Of a stretch of 64,000 bases of DNA, positions 11,656 through 24,374 are shown one piece after another (within the stretch, counting starts at the first letter, position 1; every line of letters starts with the position of its first letter). The notes beneath the pieces are model-generated. The model was not told where the DNA came from and did no database searches. It worked only from the letters and a program-made list of their open reading frames with translations. This DNA is from Mustelus asterias (taxonomy: Eukaryota), in the NCBI RefSeq assembly GCF_964213995.1, contig NC_135819.1, forward strand, positions 7,502,001-7,566,000. The letters are read 5' to 3'. The position numbers and the translations under genes were made by a program.

Positions 11656-12590
11656 GTAAGTGAAAACTCTTGTTCTGTATGTGAATGGAAAATAGAAATT
11701 TGGGCGAAAGGCAGTCTAAACATTTTTAGACGGTGAAAAGTATCCTGAACTTGGTGGTGGGAAATGGATGTTTCCAAGCATCTGCTGTCCTTTTCCTCCT
11801 AGGCGGTATAGCAATGCGGACCAGATGTGATGGCCTCGCTTGTGGGACCAAAGGCCATTGAGGCCCCCCTGAGGTTGGGCACGGGGGAGTTGCAGTGCCA
11901 GCCTGGCACTGCCAACCTGGCACCCTGGCACTGCAAGCCTGACACTGCAGGCAGCGCCAATGGGGCAAGGCCTCAGGGGTGGGGCCAGTCGGGGGTGGTC
12001 AGACGGGGGACAGGTAGAAGGGAAGGGAAAGAGGGAAGTCTGTATCGGGGGTGGGGGGTACTGGTGGGCCGACGAGCATGGATCGGGACCAGCCATCAAA
12101 GGCCGGGGCTGGCCATTGGGGTGGGGGGGATGTCAATTGATCTCCCAGTGTACTGGGAGATCGATGCATGCCCAATGAATGGCCCCCGAGTACTCTGCTG
12201 CCTTCCTCTCCAGCAGGTTTAGGCTCCGCCCGCTACTGGCATGAGTCACCTGACAGCCTCTGTATTGCACAGAGTGCCCTATCTAACCGAGACACAAGTC
12301 AACCAAAAAGCGGGCGGGAAAACGGGAGGTCTTCCTGCCTGTTGGACACTTTGATTTTTGGGGGGAAAATCGTTCCCCCCCAATTTTAGAAGTCATGAAT
12401 TCTCATTATTCGGCCATTATGCTGGAATTAAGCGCCCCTTTCAAATTATACTCTCCAATAGAGAGAAATTTGTGCGTTCAGATTCACGACTGCATATAAA
12501 TGGTGTGCTGCTGGTGAGGTCTTCTTCTTGGAACTTGAGCGAGTAATTGCTGCTTTGTCCTTTTTGGAGAATGCACATAAATGTCAGATG

Positions 12591-12942
12591 CGGCACGGTA
12601 GCACAGTGGTTAGCACTGCTGCTTCACAGCTCCAGGGTCCCGGGTTCGATTCCCGGCTCGGGTCACTGTCTGTGTGGAGTTTGCACATTCTCCTCGTGTC
12701 TGCGTGGGTTTCCTCCGGGTGCTCCGGTTTCCTCCCACAGTCCAAAGATGTGCAGGTTAGGTTGATTGACCAGGTTAAAAAAAAAATTGCCCCTTAGAGT
12801 CCTGAGATGCGTAGGTTAGAGGGATTAGCGGGTAAAATATGTGGGGGTAGGGCCTGGGGTCAAACTCAGGGATTGTGGTCGGTGCAGACACGATGGGCCG
12901 AATGGCCTCCTTCTGCACTGTAGGGATTCTATGATTCTATGA
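12591..12942 (+). mobile_element. HE1-like tRNA SINE
   Basis: Head ggcacggtagcacagtggttagcactgctgc...gggttcgattccc and tail (attctatg)2. Confidence 0.88.
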
Positions 12943-13594
12943 TCTTGATTGAGGTTGGGTGCCAGTAGACCAAGCTGCATGGGAGCTGGACAGGGGTGGC
13001 AAGGATGTCCGGGGAAGGATGTCAGATTGTCTAGGACATGTTGGGAGGGGTAAGCATGTCACACAGGCCTCGGTCCAGTTGTAGGGTGGTGGATGGGCTT
13101 TCTGGGCAGTGAGCCGTGTAGAGAGATGGGTCTAAAGGGTATGGTCGATGATGTCAAGACTTTGGGCCTAAGGGGTTGAATAAGGCAGACAGTAAATTGA
13201 CAGTCAGGGGAGTTGGATCAATAGGGTGGACGTTCTAGGCTCAAGGGGAGGTAGTGGATGGTCTTACTGGGGAAGTCGCAGAAAGTCAGGGTCTAGCTGG
13301 CCTTGAGAACAGGAGGGTTTAGTATCAAGAGGGCATGTGTATATAAATGGTTATGGAGTTGGGGGGAGAGCAGGAATGTCCACATAAATAGCAACAAGGT
13401 CCAAGAGGGGGAGTTTGAAAGCTTACAGATGGGTCAAGTATGACAGGTGTTGATTCTATAGGGTGATGGGGCCACTTGGTGGGTATCAAAGGGAGGGTAG
13501 AAGATGCGCTGGCAAAATTCAAACGCACCATGGAACTGCCAAGGTTGTTGTCGGTTCATGAAATCTTTCCAGCATTTGATGGAAAGGCCATAGG

Positions 13595-15240
13595 GAGGCC
13601 ATGGAACCTTTACAGATTAAAGGGGAGGAGGTGCTCGCTGTCTTGAGGCAAATCAGAGTGGATAAATCCCCAGGACCGGACAGGGTATTCCCACGGACCT
13701 TGAGGGAAGCTAGTGTTGAACTTGCAGGGGCCCTGGCAGACATATTTAAAATGTCAGTATTCACGGGGGAGGTGCCGGATGATTGGAGGGTGGCTCATGT
13801 TGTTCTGTTGTTTAAAAAAGGTTCCAAAAGAAATCCGGGAAATTATCGGCCAGTAAGTTTGACGTCGGTGGTGGGCAAGTTATTGGAAGGTGTGATACGG
13901 GATAGGATCTACAAATATTTGGATAGACAGGGACTTATTAGGGAGAGTCAACATGGCTTTGTGCGTGGTAGGTCATGTTTGACCAATCTATTAGAGTTTT
14001 TCGAGGAGGTTACCAGGAAAGTGGATGAAGGGAAGGCGGTGGATGTTGTCTACCTGGATTTCAGCAAGGCCTTTGACAAGGTCCCTCATGGGAGGTTAGT
14101 TAGGAAGGTTCAGTCGCTAGGTATACATGGGGAGGTAGTAAATTGGATAAGACACTGGCTCAATGGAAGAAGCCAGAGAGTGGTTGTGGAGGATTGCTTC
14201 TCTGAGTGGAGGCTTGTGACTAGTGGTGTGCCACAGGGATCGGTGTTGGGTCCATTGTTGTTTGTCATCAATATCAATGATCTGGATGATAATGTGGTCA
14301 ATTGGATCAGCAAGTTTGCTGATGATACAAAGATTGGAGGTGTAGTGGACAGTGAGGAAGGTTTTCAAAGCTTGCAGAGGGATTTGGACCAACTAGAAAA
14401 ATGGGCTGAAAAATGGCAAATGGAATTTAACGCAGACAAGTGTGAGATATTGCACTTTGGAAGGACAAATCAAAGTAGAACGTACAGGGTAAATGGTAGG
14501 ACTCTGAAGAGTGCAGTTGAACAGAGGGATCTGGGAATACAGGTACAGAATTCCCTAAAAGTGACGTCACAGGTGGATAGGGTCGTAAAGAGTGCCTTTG
14601 GTACATTGGCCATTATAAGTCGGAGTGTTGAGTATAAAAGTTGGAGTGTTATGGTAAGGTTATATAAGGCATTGGTGAGGCCAAATTTGGAGTATTGTGT
14701 ACAGTTCTGGTCACCTAGTTACAGGAAGAATGTAAATAAGATTGAAAGAGTGCAGAGAAGGTTCACAAGGATGTTGCCGGGACTTGAAAAGCTGAGTTAC
14801 AGAGAGAGATTGAATAGGTTGGGACTTTATTCCCTGGAGCGTAGAAGATTGAGGGGAGATTTGATAGAGGTGTATAAGATTTTGATGGGTATAGATAGAG
14901 TGAATGCAAGCAGGCTTTTCCGCTGAGGCGAGGGGAGAAAAAAACCAGAGGGCATGGGTTAAGGGTGAAAGGAGAAAAGTTTAAAGGGAATATTAGGGGG
15001 GGCTTCTTCACGCAGAGAGTGGTGGGAGTGTGGAATGAGCTGCCGGATAAAGTGGTAAATGCGGGGTCACTTTTAACATTTAAGAAAAACTTGGACGGGT
15101 TCATGGATGAGAGGGGTGTGGAGGGATATGGTCCAAGTGCAGGTCAGTGGGACTAGGCATAAAATGGTTCGGCACAGACAAGAAGGGCCAAAAGGCCTGT
15201 TTCTGAGCTGTAATTTTCTATGGTTCTATGGTTCTATGGA
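13595..15240 (+). mobile_element. CR1 LINE, 5'-truncated (RT domain, ORF 13601..14926)
   Basis: Motifs [40 protein letters not shown]. Tail (ttctatgg)3. Confidence 0.95.
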
Positions 15241-16794
15241 TGGGGGAGCAGTCTCTTTTCGGGTGGGACGTGGGAAGGGCCTCGCAAATGGCTGTTATTA
15301 CCCTGGTCAATCCCCAAGGACACTGAGGTATGAAAGAGAAGAAAACTAATCTGCAGTCCTCCAGAATGTCCTTCACCTTGTAGGTGCGGGGTGGGGAGAC
15401 CCAAGTCTAGATGATGCCAAGAATAGGGCTTAGCATTGGCTTAAAGACTCAGAGATGGAGGCAAAACTAGAATGAGTGTGCTGTGTCGATGTATCTTTGC
15501 AATTTGTTCACTCATCCACTCAGACAGAGATGATGCCAGTTCCAGACAATCCTGCTGTTCTACTCACTGTGGTCCAGATGTGGAGGAACATATAAATAGA
15601 ATTCAGAGCCATTCAGCTCCTTGAGCCTGCTGCACCATTCAATAAGATCATGGCTGATCTGATTGTAACCACAATTTCACATTCCCCCACCTCTGATGAC
15701 CTTTCACCCCCTTATTTATCAAGAATCTGTCTAAGCTCTGCCTTAACAATATTCAAAGACTCTCTCCAAAGACTCATGGTCCCTGAGAGAAAAAACATCT
15801 CCCAATCTTTTTCTTAAAAGGGTGACCCATTATCTTTAAACAGTGGCCCTTAGTCCCAGAATCCTCCACAAGAGGAAGTATCGGGCGGGATTTTCTGGCC
15901 GCGCTCGTCCCGAAACCGGAAAATCCTGCATGAGGTCAACGGACCTTTGCATAAGAACATAAGAACTCGGAGCAGGAGTGGGCCACGAGCCCTCGAGCCT
16001 GCTCCACCATTCAATAAGATCATGGCTGATCTTTTTGTGGACTCAGTTCCACTTACCCGCCCGCTCACCATAACTCTCCTTTACTGTTGAAAAATCTAGC
16101 TATCCTTTGCATGGTCCCGCCCGCCTGCTCGCTACAATCCGGTGGAGGGTGGGATGGGAAAATTCCCCCCATCATCTCCAGATCCACTCTGTCAAGACCC
16201 TTCGGGATCTTACACGTTTCAATCAGGTTGCCTCTTTCTCTTCTAAACTCCAGCGCAGGTTAGCACAGGTCCATTAACAGCAAGAGGTAGTAGAGCCAGA
16301 AGAAGATCAGAATACTAGTGCCCAGGTACCAGTGCCACAGCGATTAGCCTGAATACGGGTATATCAGGGGTGGTGCAGCTACCGGCAGATGTGTGTGATG
16401 CTGGAGTCACTTTCGGATGTCTGGAATGGGGTTGTTTTGACCCCTGACGTAAGGAAGCAAACTGCGACTTCTTTCCTATCCCTGCAAGATTCACCAAGCT
16501 ACTTGCACATGCATATCTAATGACCTGACCAGCACAGGATCGCTCTTCCACCCCAAATAAAAATCTTTCTAATTTCTATGTCTGCCACTCAACTTTAGAT
16601 TGTGCCCTGTCATTTTATTCCATGATAGTTTCATTTTTCATCATTGTTAATTATAATCAAAGTCCAAGATCATTACTCAAGGCTGAGTACAAAGTGCAGA
16701 GAATAGTTGAAGCAGAGTTTGGATAGGGCTTGTGGACCAGAGGAACATTTTTGATTAGAATATCCTAGGAGGGAAATTTGATACGGCTCTTCAG

Positions 16795-19779
16795 GGGGGT
16801 TTAAACTAATTTGTCAGGGGAGTGGGAAAAGGAGTTGTAGTCCAGAAGTCAGTGAGGGTGGTGAGGTATTGGGGAAGGTATCAGGGTCAAGGGTGGGTAC
16901 CGGTAGACAGGAAGGTGGGTTGAAGTGTGTCTACTTCAATGCAAGGAGCATCCTGAACAAGGTAGATGAACTTGGGGCGTGGATTGGTACTTGGGACTAC
17001 GATGTTGTGGCCATTACGGAGACGTGGGTAGAACAAGGACAGGAATGGTTGTTGGACGTTCCGGGGTATAGATGTTTCAGTAAGTGTAGGGAAGCTGGTA
17101 AAAGAGGTGGAGGAGTGGCATTGTTAATCAAGGATAGTTTAACGGCTGCGGAAAGGCACTTCGAGGGGGATCTGCACACTGAGGTAATATGGGCTGAGGT
17201 TAGAAATAGGAAAGGAGCGGTCATGTTGTTAGGAGTTTACTATAGGCCCCCAAATAGTAATAGAGATGTGGAGGAAGAAATTGCTAAGCAGATTATGGAT
17301 ATGTGTGGGGGTCACAGGGTAGTTGTCATGGGGGACTTTAACTTTCCAAATATTGATTGGAACCTTTGTAGGTCAAATAGTTCGGATGGGGCAGTTTTTG
17401 TGCAGTGTGTGCAGGAGGGTTTCCTGACACAATATGTGGATAGGCCAACAAGAGGTGAAGCCACATTGGATTTGGTACTGGGAAATGAACCGGGCCAAGT
17501 GTTAGATTTGGTTGTGGGAGAGCACTTTGGAGATAGTGACCACAATTCGGTGTCTTTTGTTATTGCAATGGAGAGGGATAGGGCCGTACGGCAGGGCAAG
17601 GTTTACAATTGGTGGAGAGGTAATTATGATGCGATTAGGCAAGAATTAGGGGGCATAAATTGGGAACAGAAACTGTCAGAGAAAGGAACCAATGAAAAGT
17701 GGAACTTTTTCAAGGAACAAATACTGGGTGTCCTTGATAGGTATGTCCCTGTCAGGCAGGGAGGAAATGGCCGAGTGAGGGAACTATGGTTCACGAAAGA
17801 GGTGAAATGTCTTGTGAAAAGGAAGAGGGAAGCTTATGTAGGGATGAGGAAACAAGGTTCAGATGGCTCGATTGAGGGTTACAAGTTAGCAAGGAATGAG
17901 CTGAAAAAGGGGCTTAGGAGAGCTAGGAGGGGACACGAGAAGTCCTTGGCGGGTCGGATCAAGGGAAACCCCAAGGCTTTTTACTCTTATGTGAGGAATA
18001 AAAGAATGACCAGGGTGAGGTTAGGGCCGGTCAAGGACAGTAGTGGGAACTTGTGTATGGAGTCAGTAGAGATAGGCGAGGTGATGAATGAATACTTTTC
18101 TTCAGTGTTCACCAAGGAGAGGGGCCATGTTTTTGAGGAAGAGAAGGTGTTACAGGCTAATAGGCTGGAGGAAATAGATGTTCGGAGGGAGGATGTCCTG
18201 GCAGTTTTGAATAAACTGAAGGTCGATAAGTCCCCTGGGCCTGATGAAATGTATCCTAGGATTCTTTGGGAGGCAAGGGATGAGATTGCAGAGCCTTTGG
18301 CTTTGATCTTTGGGTCCTCGCTGTCCACGGGGATGGTGCCAGAGGACTGGAGAATGGCGAATGTCGTTCCTCTGTTTAAGAAAGGGAATAGAAATGACCC
18401 TGGTAATTATAGACCGGTTAGTCTTACTTCGGTGGTTAGTAAATTGATGGAAAAGGTCCTTAGGGATGGGATTTATGACCATTTAAAAAGATGCGGATTA
18501 ATCCGGGATAGTCAGCACGGATTCGTGAAGGGCAAGTCGTGCCTCACAAATTTGATAGAATTTTTTGAGGAGGTAACTAAGTGTGTTGATGAAGGTAGGG
18601 CAGTTGATGTCATATACATGGATTTTAGTAAGGCGTTTGATAAGGTCCCCCATGGTTGGCTTATGATGAAAGTGAGGAGGTGTGGGATAGAGGGAAAGTT
18701 GGCTGATTGGATAGGTAACTGGCTGTCTGATCGAAGACGGAGGGTGGTGGTGGATGGAAAATTTTCGGATTGGAGGCAGGTTGCTAGCGGAGTGCCGCAG
18801 GGATCGGTGCTTGGTCCTCTGCTCTTTGTGATTTTTATTAATGACTTAGAGGCGGGGGCTGAAGGGTGGATCAGTAAATTTGCTGATGACACCAAGATTG
18901 GTGGAGTAGTGGATGAGGTGGAGGGCTGTTGTAGGCTGCAAAGAGACATAGATAGGATGCAAAGCTGGGCTGAAAAATGGCAAATGGAGTTTAACCCTGA
19001 TAAATGTGAGGTGATTCATTTTGGTAGGACTAATTTAAATGTGGATTACAGGGTCAAAGGTAGGGTTCTGAAGACTGTGGAGGAACAGAGAGATCTTGGG
19101 GTCCATATCCACAGATCTCTAAAGGTTGCCACTCAAGTGGATAGAGCTGTGAAGAAGGCCTATAGTGTGTTAGCTTTTATTAACAGGGGGTTGGAGTTTA
19201 AGAGCCGTGGGGTTATGCTGCAACTGTACAGGACCTTGGTGAGACCACATTTGGAATATTGTGTGCAGTTCTGGTCACCTCACTATAAGAAGGATGTGGA
19301 AGTGCTGGAAAGAGTGCAGAGGAGATTTACCAGGATGCTGCCTGGTTTGGAGGCTAGGTCTTATGAGGAAAGGTTGAGGGAGCTAGGGCTGTTCTCTCTG
19401 GAGCGGAGGAGGCTGAGGGGAGACTTAATAGAGGTTTATAAAATGATGAAGGGGATAGATAGAGTGAACGTTCAAAGACTATTTCCTCGGGTGGATGGAG
19501 CTATTACAAGGGGGCATAACTATAGGGTTCGTGGTGGGAGATATAGGAAGGATATCAGAGGTAGGTTCTTTACGCAGAGAGTGGTTGGGGTGTGGAATGG
19601 ACTGCCTGCAGTGATAGTGGAGTCAGACACTTCAGGAACATTTAAGCGGTTATTGGATAGGCACATGGAGCACACCAGGATGATAGGGAGTGGGATAGCT
19701 TGATCTTGGTTTCAGATAAAGCTCGGCACAACATCGTGGGCCGAAGGGCCTGTTCTGTGCTGTACTGTTCTATGTTCTA
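16795..19779 (+). mobile_element. CR1 LINE truncated at the end of ORF1, with complete ORF2
   Basis: Starts at the ORF1-terminal ttaaactaa, has an uninterrupted ORF2, and ends in ttctatgttcta. Confidence 0.95.
16869..19703 (+). CDS. CR1 ORF2: APE endonuclease plus reverse transcriptase (944 aa, intact)
   Basis: Endonuclease motifs YFNARS, ITETW, GDFN, SDH. RT motifs [12 protein letters not shown]. Confidence 0.93.
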   Translation: MGKVSGSRVGTGRQEGGLKCVYFNARSILNKVDELGAWIGTWDYDVVAITETWVEQGQEWLLDVPGYRCFSKCREAGKRGGGVALLIKDSLTAAERHFEGDLHTEVIWAEVRNRKGAVMLLGVYYRPPNSNRDVEEEIAKQIMDMCGGHRVVVMGDFNFPNIDWNLCRSNSSDGAVFVQCVQEGFLTQYVDRPTRGEATLDLVLGNEPGQVLDLVVGEHFGDSDHNSVSFVIAMERDRAVRQGKVYNWWRGNYDAIRQELGGINWEQKLSEKGTNEKWNFFKEQILGVLDRYVPVRQGGNGRVRELWFTKEVKCLVKRKREAYVGMRKQGSDGSIEGYKLARNELKKGLRRARRGHEKSLAGRIKGNPKAFYSYVRNKRMTRVRLGPVKDSSGNLCMESVEIGEVMNEYFSSVFTKERGHVFEEEKVLQANRLEEIDVRREDVLAVLNKLKVDKSPGPDEMYPRILWEARDEIAEPLALIFGSSLSTGMVPEDWRMANVVPLFKKGNRNDPGNYRPVSLTSVVSKLMEKVLRDGIYDHLKRCGLIRDSQHGFVKGKSCLTNLIEFFEEVTKCVDEGRAVDVIYMDFSKAFDKVPHGWLMMKVRRCGIEGKLADWIGNWLSDRRRRVVVDGKFSDWRQVASGVPQGSVLGPLLFVIFINDLEAGAEGWISKFADDTKIGGVVDEVEGCCRLQRDIDRMQSWAEKWQMEFNPDKCEVIHFGRTNLNVDYRVKGRVLKTVEEQRDLGVHIHRSLKVATQVDRAVKKAYSVLAFINRGLEFKSRGVMLQLYRTLVRPHLEYCVQFWSPHYKKDVEVLERVQRRFTRMLPGLEARSYEERLRELGLFSLERRRLRGDLIEVYKMMKGIDRVNVQRLFPRVDGAITRGHNYRVRGGRYRKDIRGRFFTQRVVGVWNGLPAVIVESDTSGTFKRLLDRHMEHTRMIGSGIA

Positions 19780-19909
19780 ATAGCCTCTATTGTACACATT
19801 GACTATTGACAAACTTGGTGAAAATGGTGTGTGATGAGTGAAAGGAGAAGTGAAGAGAAGCTTTCAGATATATTCTGTTTCCATAATTCCTGCTCATCTC
19901 CTTTAACAG

Positions 19910-20224
19910 ATCGAGAGATAAGCATTACTTCACCTCCGGAAGTGCTGGAAGCTAACAGAACATATAGTCTGGAGTGCCTTGGTCCGAGGGTCTATCCAAA
20001 CAATAAACTCATACTCACATGGCTGAGGGGGAGTGAGATTGTTCAGAGCAATTCCACAGGAGAACAAGGTTATCCAGATGAAGATAAAAGATTGAGGAAT
20101 GTCTTCAGTTTCACTGCAAGTGTGTCAGATGATGGACAGGTGTACACCTGCTCAGCCGAAGTGGATTCGGGTTCTAGCGACAGAAAACTAATCGCAAACT
20201 CCTCTGTAACTCTGCAAACTCACT
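19910..20224 (+). CDS. ICAM/VCAM-like gene, Ig domain 2 exon
   Basis: Acceptor ctttaacag, donor gtaagt, 315 nt, phase 1-1. Motifs YSLEC..RVYP..LILTWLRG..DDGQVYTC. Confidence 0.88.
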
Positions 20225-20244
20225 GTAAGTTCTACTTGCGTGAG

Positions 20245-20521
20245 TGATGCGCGATTAATTCACTTGGGAGGCTAGATCGTACCCGGGAATAAAGGCTTTC
20301 ATTCGCAACAAGAATAGAGCATACTGCTTAACAATACTAACCCAGACTAAAGGGTCACTAGGAAGTGCAGTGACCTTTATACTCCTATAGGAAGGCGGAG
20401 CCAACCGGAGTGTACCACAGAACACTGCTAACAGGTGGAACACCCCAACCCTAACCCCAACAGTAACAAGAGTAACATATGTACAAGTACCCATAGTGGT
20501 AACCATCTATGGTTCACCACA
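20245..20521 (-). mobile_element. Solo LTR (tgtggtga...gcatca family)
   Basis: TG..CA ends with 5-bp TSD gtgag at 20240-20244 and 20522-20526. Lies 20 bp downstream of the Ig2 donor. Confidence 0.88.
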
Positions 20522-20864
20522 GTGAGAAACACTCTCCTTTTTTTAAGAATGGGTTTAATATCTCTAATTTGTGGAGAATAAGTAATGGGAGGCATTCTAG
20601 CAATAAATTTCTCAGTAGCTCCTGTTTTATCCATTGCACAAAAATCATTGGATCAAAAATTGTGCATCTTGAATCCAGGAGCAAATTTGCAATGCTCTTA
20701 TTTCCCCAAAGTGTAACTGGAAGTTTTAGTTTTTTAGTCAGCCGGGGAATGTGCAAAATTAGTTTGAAAGGACCGAGAATGATTTTGCAAGACATAAGAA
20801 CTTGAGGAATTGGAGCAAGAATAGCCAGGCAACCCCGTCAACTTGTTTTCTTTCTTCTTTAATG

Positions 20865-21075
20865 GGACATTGGTGCCACTGGCAAGGCCAGCACTTGTTG
20901 GCCAGTTGAGTGGCTTGCTGGCCCATTTCAGAGGACAATTAAAAGCCAGTCAACCACTTTGCTGTGGCTCTGGAGTCACATGTTGGCCAGACCAGGTAAG
21001 GACAGCAGATTTCCTTCCCTAAAGGACATTCGTGAACCAGATGGGTTTTTAGAAAAATCAGTGATAGTTTCATGG
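20865..21075 (-). mobile_element. Deu-domain SINE (SacSINE1-like) fragment
   Basis: Contains ggagtcacatg..ccagaccaggtaaggacagcagatttccttccctaaagg, also present at ~36.9-37.25 kb and in reverse at 39.5-39.8 kb. Confidence 0.7.
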
Positions 21076-21268
21076 GCAGTGTTACTGAGACGAGGAGCCC
21101 GATTCTCCCATCCCGACACGCACATTCTTTGGTGCATCGGGATGGGAGAATCGCGTGTCGGCCATTTCGTGGGATTCGTGCACGCGTTCCCGATGCAGGC
21201 GCATCTCCCACAGCTGGAGAACAGGCGCAATCGGGACCGCACTGGAAACAGGTGGGAGGAGAGGTAAC

Positions 21269-21584
21269 TGATGCGCATCAATTGGACACGAGGCTCAAAG
21301 CTTCGGTAAAAGAAGGCTTTTATTAACTAACAATGGAACTATCAGAACTTTAACACACTATCCCAGACTGAAGGGGTCCCGTCCGAGCAGGGGGTCTTAT
21401 ACCTCTCCCAGGAGGCGGAGCCCGACTGGGATGTGCCACAACAGTAACAACCACAGGTGTATCAATCCCACCCTAGCCCAACAACAACATTAGTACAATC
21501 CCACAGTAACCTATATACATTCCCATAGTGCTGGCCAGCCCTGGCCCAGTACTATCCAGTGGGAACCAACGATGGTTCACCACA
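21269..21584 (-). mobile_element. Solo LTR (same family)
   Basis: tgatgcgc...ggttcaccaca, flanked by gtaac/gtaag (4/5 TSD). Confidence 0.85.
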
Positions 21585-21815
21585 GTAAGTAACTTAAATC
21601 TTATTTTAAATGTGATTATCGGGCCCAGCACGGAATTGTCTGTGCCCGAAAGCATCTCCCACCCCGCCAGGAGTCTTTCACACTGGCGGGGTTCAGTGAT
21701 GGATTCCTGCAATGTGTGTATTGGCAGTGTGGGTCAGTTTCCACTCTGTCCATTAGGAATTCAAACACATCTCAGCAAAAATCCAAATGAAGTGAATTTC
21801 TTATCCGTGTTGCAG

Positions 21816-22102
21816 CTTTTATGGATCCGCCTAGAATCCTTGACAAAAGATCCATAGAAGTGAAGCGAGAAGCCACGTTAACATGTGAGGTCTCGAATGT
21901 CTATCCTGCTGAGAAAATGAGGGTAAGATGGTCTCAGGATGGTAAAGAACTGAATTCAACGACATCAAGACCAAATTCCAATACTGTCCGGGAAACAGCA
22001 GCATGGACACCACAGGTGTCGGGTCTGACGGAAGTTGTCTGTACGGCTGATTTTGAGGAGTATCCATCAGTTCCACCAAAGAATAACACCATTTTCATTA
22101 TG
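21816..22102 (+). CDS. ICAM/VCAM-like gene, Ig domain 3 exon (3' end disrupted at a CR1 tail)
   Basis: Acceptor gtgttgcag, phase 1. Motifs ATLTCEVSNVYP..RVRW..VVC. No phase-1 GT precedes the CR1 tail at ~22104, and read-through stops at 22120. Confidence 0.8.
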
Positions 22103-22103
22103 G

Positions 22104-23657
22104 TAGAACATAGAACATAGAAAAACCACAGCACAAACAGGCCCTTCGGCCCACAAGTTGCGCCAGTCGTGTCCCTACCTACCTAGGCTTATATATAGGC
22201 TTACCGATAACCCTCAATCCCATTAAGTCCCATGTACTCATCCAGAAGTCTCTTAAAAGACCCTATCGAGTTTGCCTCCACCACCACTGACGGCAGCCGA
22301 TCCCACTCACCCACCACCCTCTGAGTGAAAAACTTACCCCTGACATCTCCTCTGTACCTACTCCCCAGCACCTTAAACCTGTGTCCTCTCGTAGCAACCA
22401 TTTCAGCCCTGGGAAAAAGCCTCTGAGAATTCACCCGATCTATACCTCTCAACATCTTGTAAACCTCTATCAGGTCACCTCTCATCCTTCGTCTCTCCAA
22501 GGAGAAAAGACCGAGCTCCCTCAACCTATCCTCATAAGGCATGCGACCCAATCCAGGCAACATCCTTGTAAATCTTCTCTGCACCCTTTCTATGGCTTCC
22601 ACATCCTTTCTGTAATGAGGCAACCAGAACTGAGCACAGTACTCCAGGTGGGGTCTGACAAGGGTCTTATAAAGCTGCATCATTATCCCCGGACTCCTAA
22701 ACTCAATCCCTCGATTGATGAAGGCCAGCACACCATACGCCTTCTTAACCACCTCCTCCACCTGCGAGGCCAATTTAAGAATCCTATGGACCCGGACCCT
22801 AAGGTCCTTCTGATCCTCTACAGTACTAAGAGTCTTACCCTTTATATTGTACTCCTTCATCCCATTTGACCTGCCAAAATGTACCACTACACATTTATCC
22901 GGGTTGAAGTCCATCTGCCACTTCTCCTCCCAGTCTTGCATCCTATCTATGTCACTCTGCAGCTTCTGACATCCCTCCAAACTTTCCACAACACCACCAA
23001 TCTTCGTGTCGTCGGCAAACTTGCCAACCCATCCCTCCACTTCCTCATCCAGGTCATTTATGAAGATGACAAACAGCAAGGGTCCCAGAACAGATCCCTG
23101 GGGCACTCCACTGGTGACCAACCTCCATTCAGAAAAAGACTCATCTACAACCACTCTCTGCCTTCTGCAGGCAAGCCAGTTCTGGATCCACAAGGCAACA
23201 GCCCCTTGGATCCCATGCCCTCTCACTTTCTCGAAAAGTCTTGCATGGGGGACCTTATCGAACGCCTTGCTGAAGTCCATGTAAACCACATCTACTGCTT
23301 TTCCTTCGTCAACGTGTTTAGTCACATTTTCAAAGAACTCCACCAGGCTCGTAAGGCACGATTTGCCTTTGACAAAGCCGTGCTGACTACTTTTGAGCAT
23401 ACTAAACTTCTCTAAATGCTCATAAATCCTGTCCCTCAGGATCTTCTCCATCAACTTACCAACCACTGAGGTTAGACTCACCGGTTGGTAATTTCCTGGG
23501 CTATCCCTATTCCCTTTCTTGAATATAGGAACCACATCTGCAATCCTCCAATCCTCCGGAACCTCTCCCGTCTCCATCGACGACACAAAGATCATCGCCA
23601 GAGGCTCTGCAATTTCTTCCCTCGCCTCCCACAGTAACCCGGGGTACGTCCCATCTG
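22104..23657 (-). mobile_element. CR1 LINE, 5'-truncated (ORF 22201..23676)
   Basis: RT motifs present. The tail (agaacat)n abuts Ig exon 3. No TSD seen. Confidence 0.93.
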
Positions 23658-23839
23658 GGATCAACGAACAAATCACCTATCAGATAATCATTTCATCAAA
23701 GTGATTCACGTTCTCTATCCACAAATGTTCCTCTAAGCTGTGTAGACACAATGATACACAGTGATCAGGAATATATCGTATTTGAAGAAACATCAACCAC
23801 AAGTGCCAATCATGATGCCCCAACTAAACTATAAAAAAA

Positions 23840-24310
23840 ACTTCTGCCCTTACTCGGTCCGTATCCCTCTATTCCCTCCCTATTCATGAACCCATCCAGA
23901 TGCCTCTTAAATGTTGCTAATGTTCCTGCTTCCACCATCACCTCTGGCAGCTCGTTCCAGGCACCCACCACTCTCTGCATGAAAAACGTAACCTAAACAT
24001 CTCCTTAAACTTTCCCCCTCTCACCTTGAACTGAGCCCCCTTGTAATTGACACTTCCACCCTGGGAAAAAGCCTCTGACTATCCACCTTGTCTCTGCCTC
24101 TGATAATTTTGTAGACCTCTATCATATCTCTCCTTAGCCTCCGTCTTTCCAGTGAAAATAATCCTACTTTATTCAACCTCTCCTCATAGCCAACGCCCTT
24201 GAGACCAGGCAACATCCTGGTGAACCTTCTTTGCACTCTCTCCAAAGCTTCCACATCCTTCTGGTAGTGTGGCGACCAGAACTGCACACAATACTCCAAA
24301 TGCGGCCGTA
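23840..24310 (-). mobile_element. CR1 3' fragment
   Basis: ORF 24021..24338 encodes [13 protein letters not shown]... Confidence 0.85.
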
Positions 24311-24374
24311 CAAATTTCTTCTTCAAATCACGCAACATTTTGGCCTCAACTACTTTCTGTGGTAGTAGAATATT

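Noticed and set aside
11716-12390. GC-rich overlapping ORFs (similar at 32650-33150)
   Set aside because: They look like unclassified dispersed repeats; no protein motifs or splice-compatible exons.
12591-12665. tRNA genes at SINE heads
   Set aside because: They continue into SINE body and CR1-like tail, with no complete cloverleaf.
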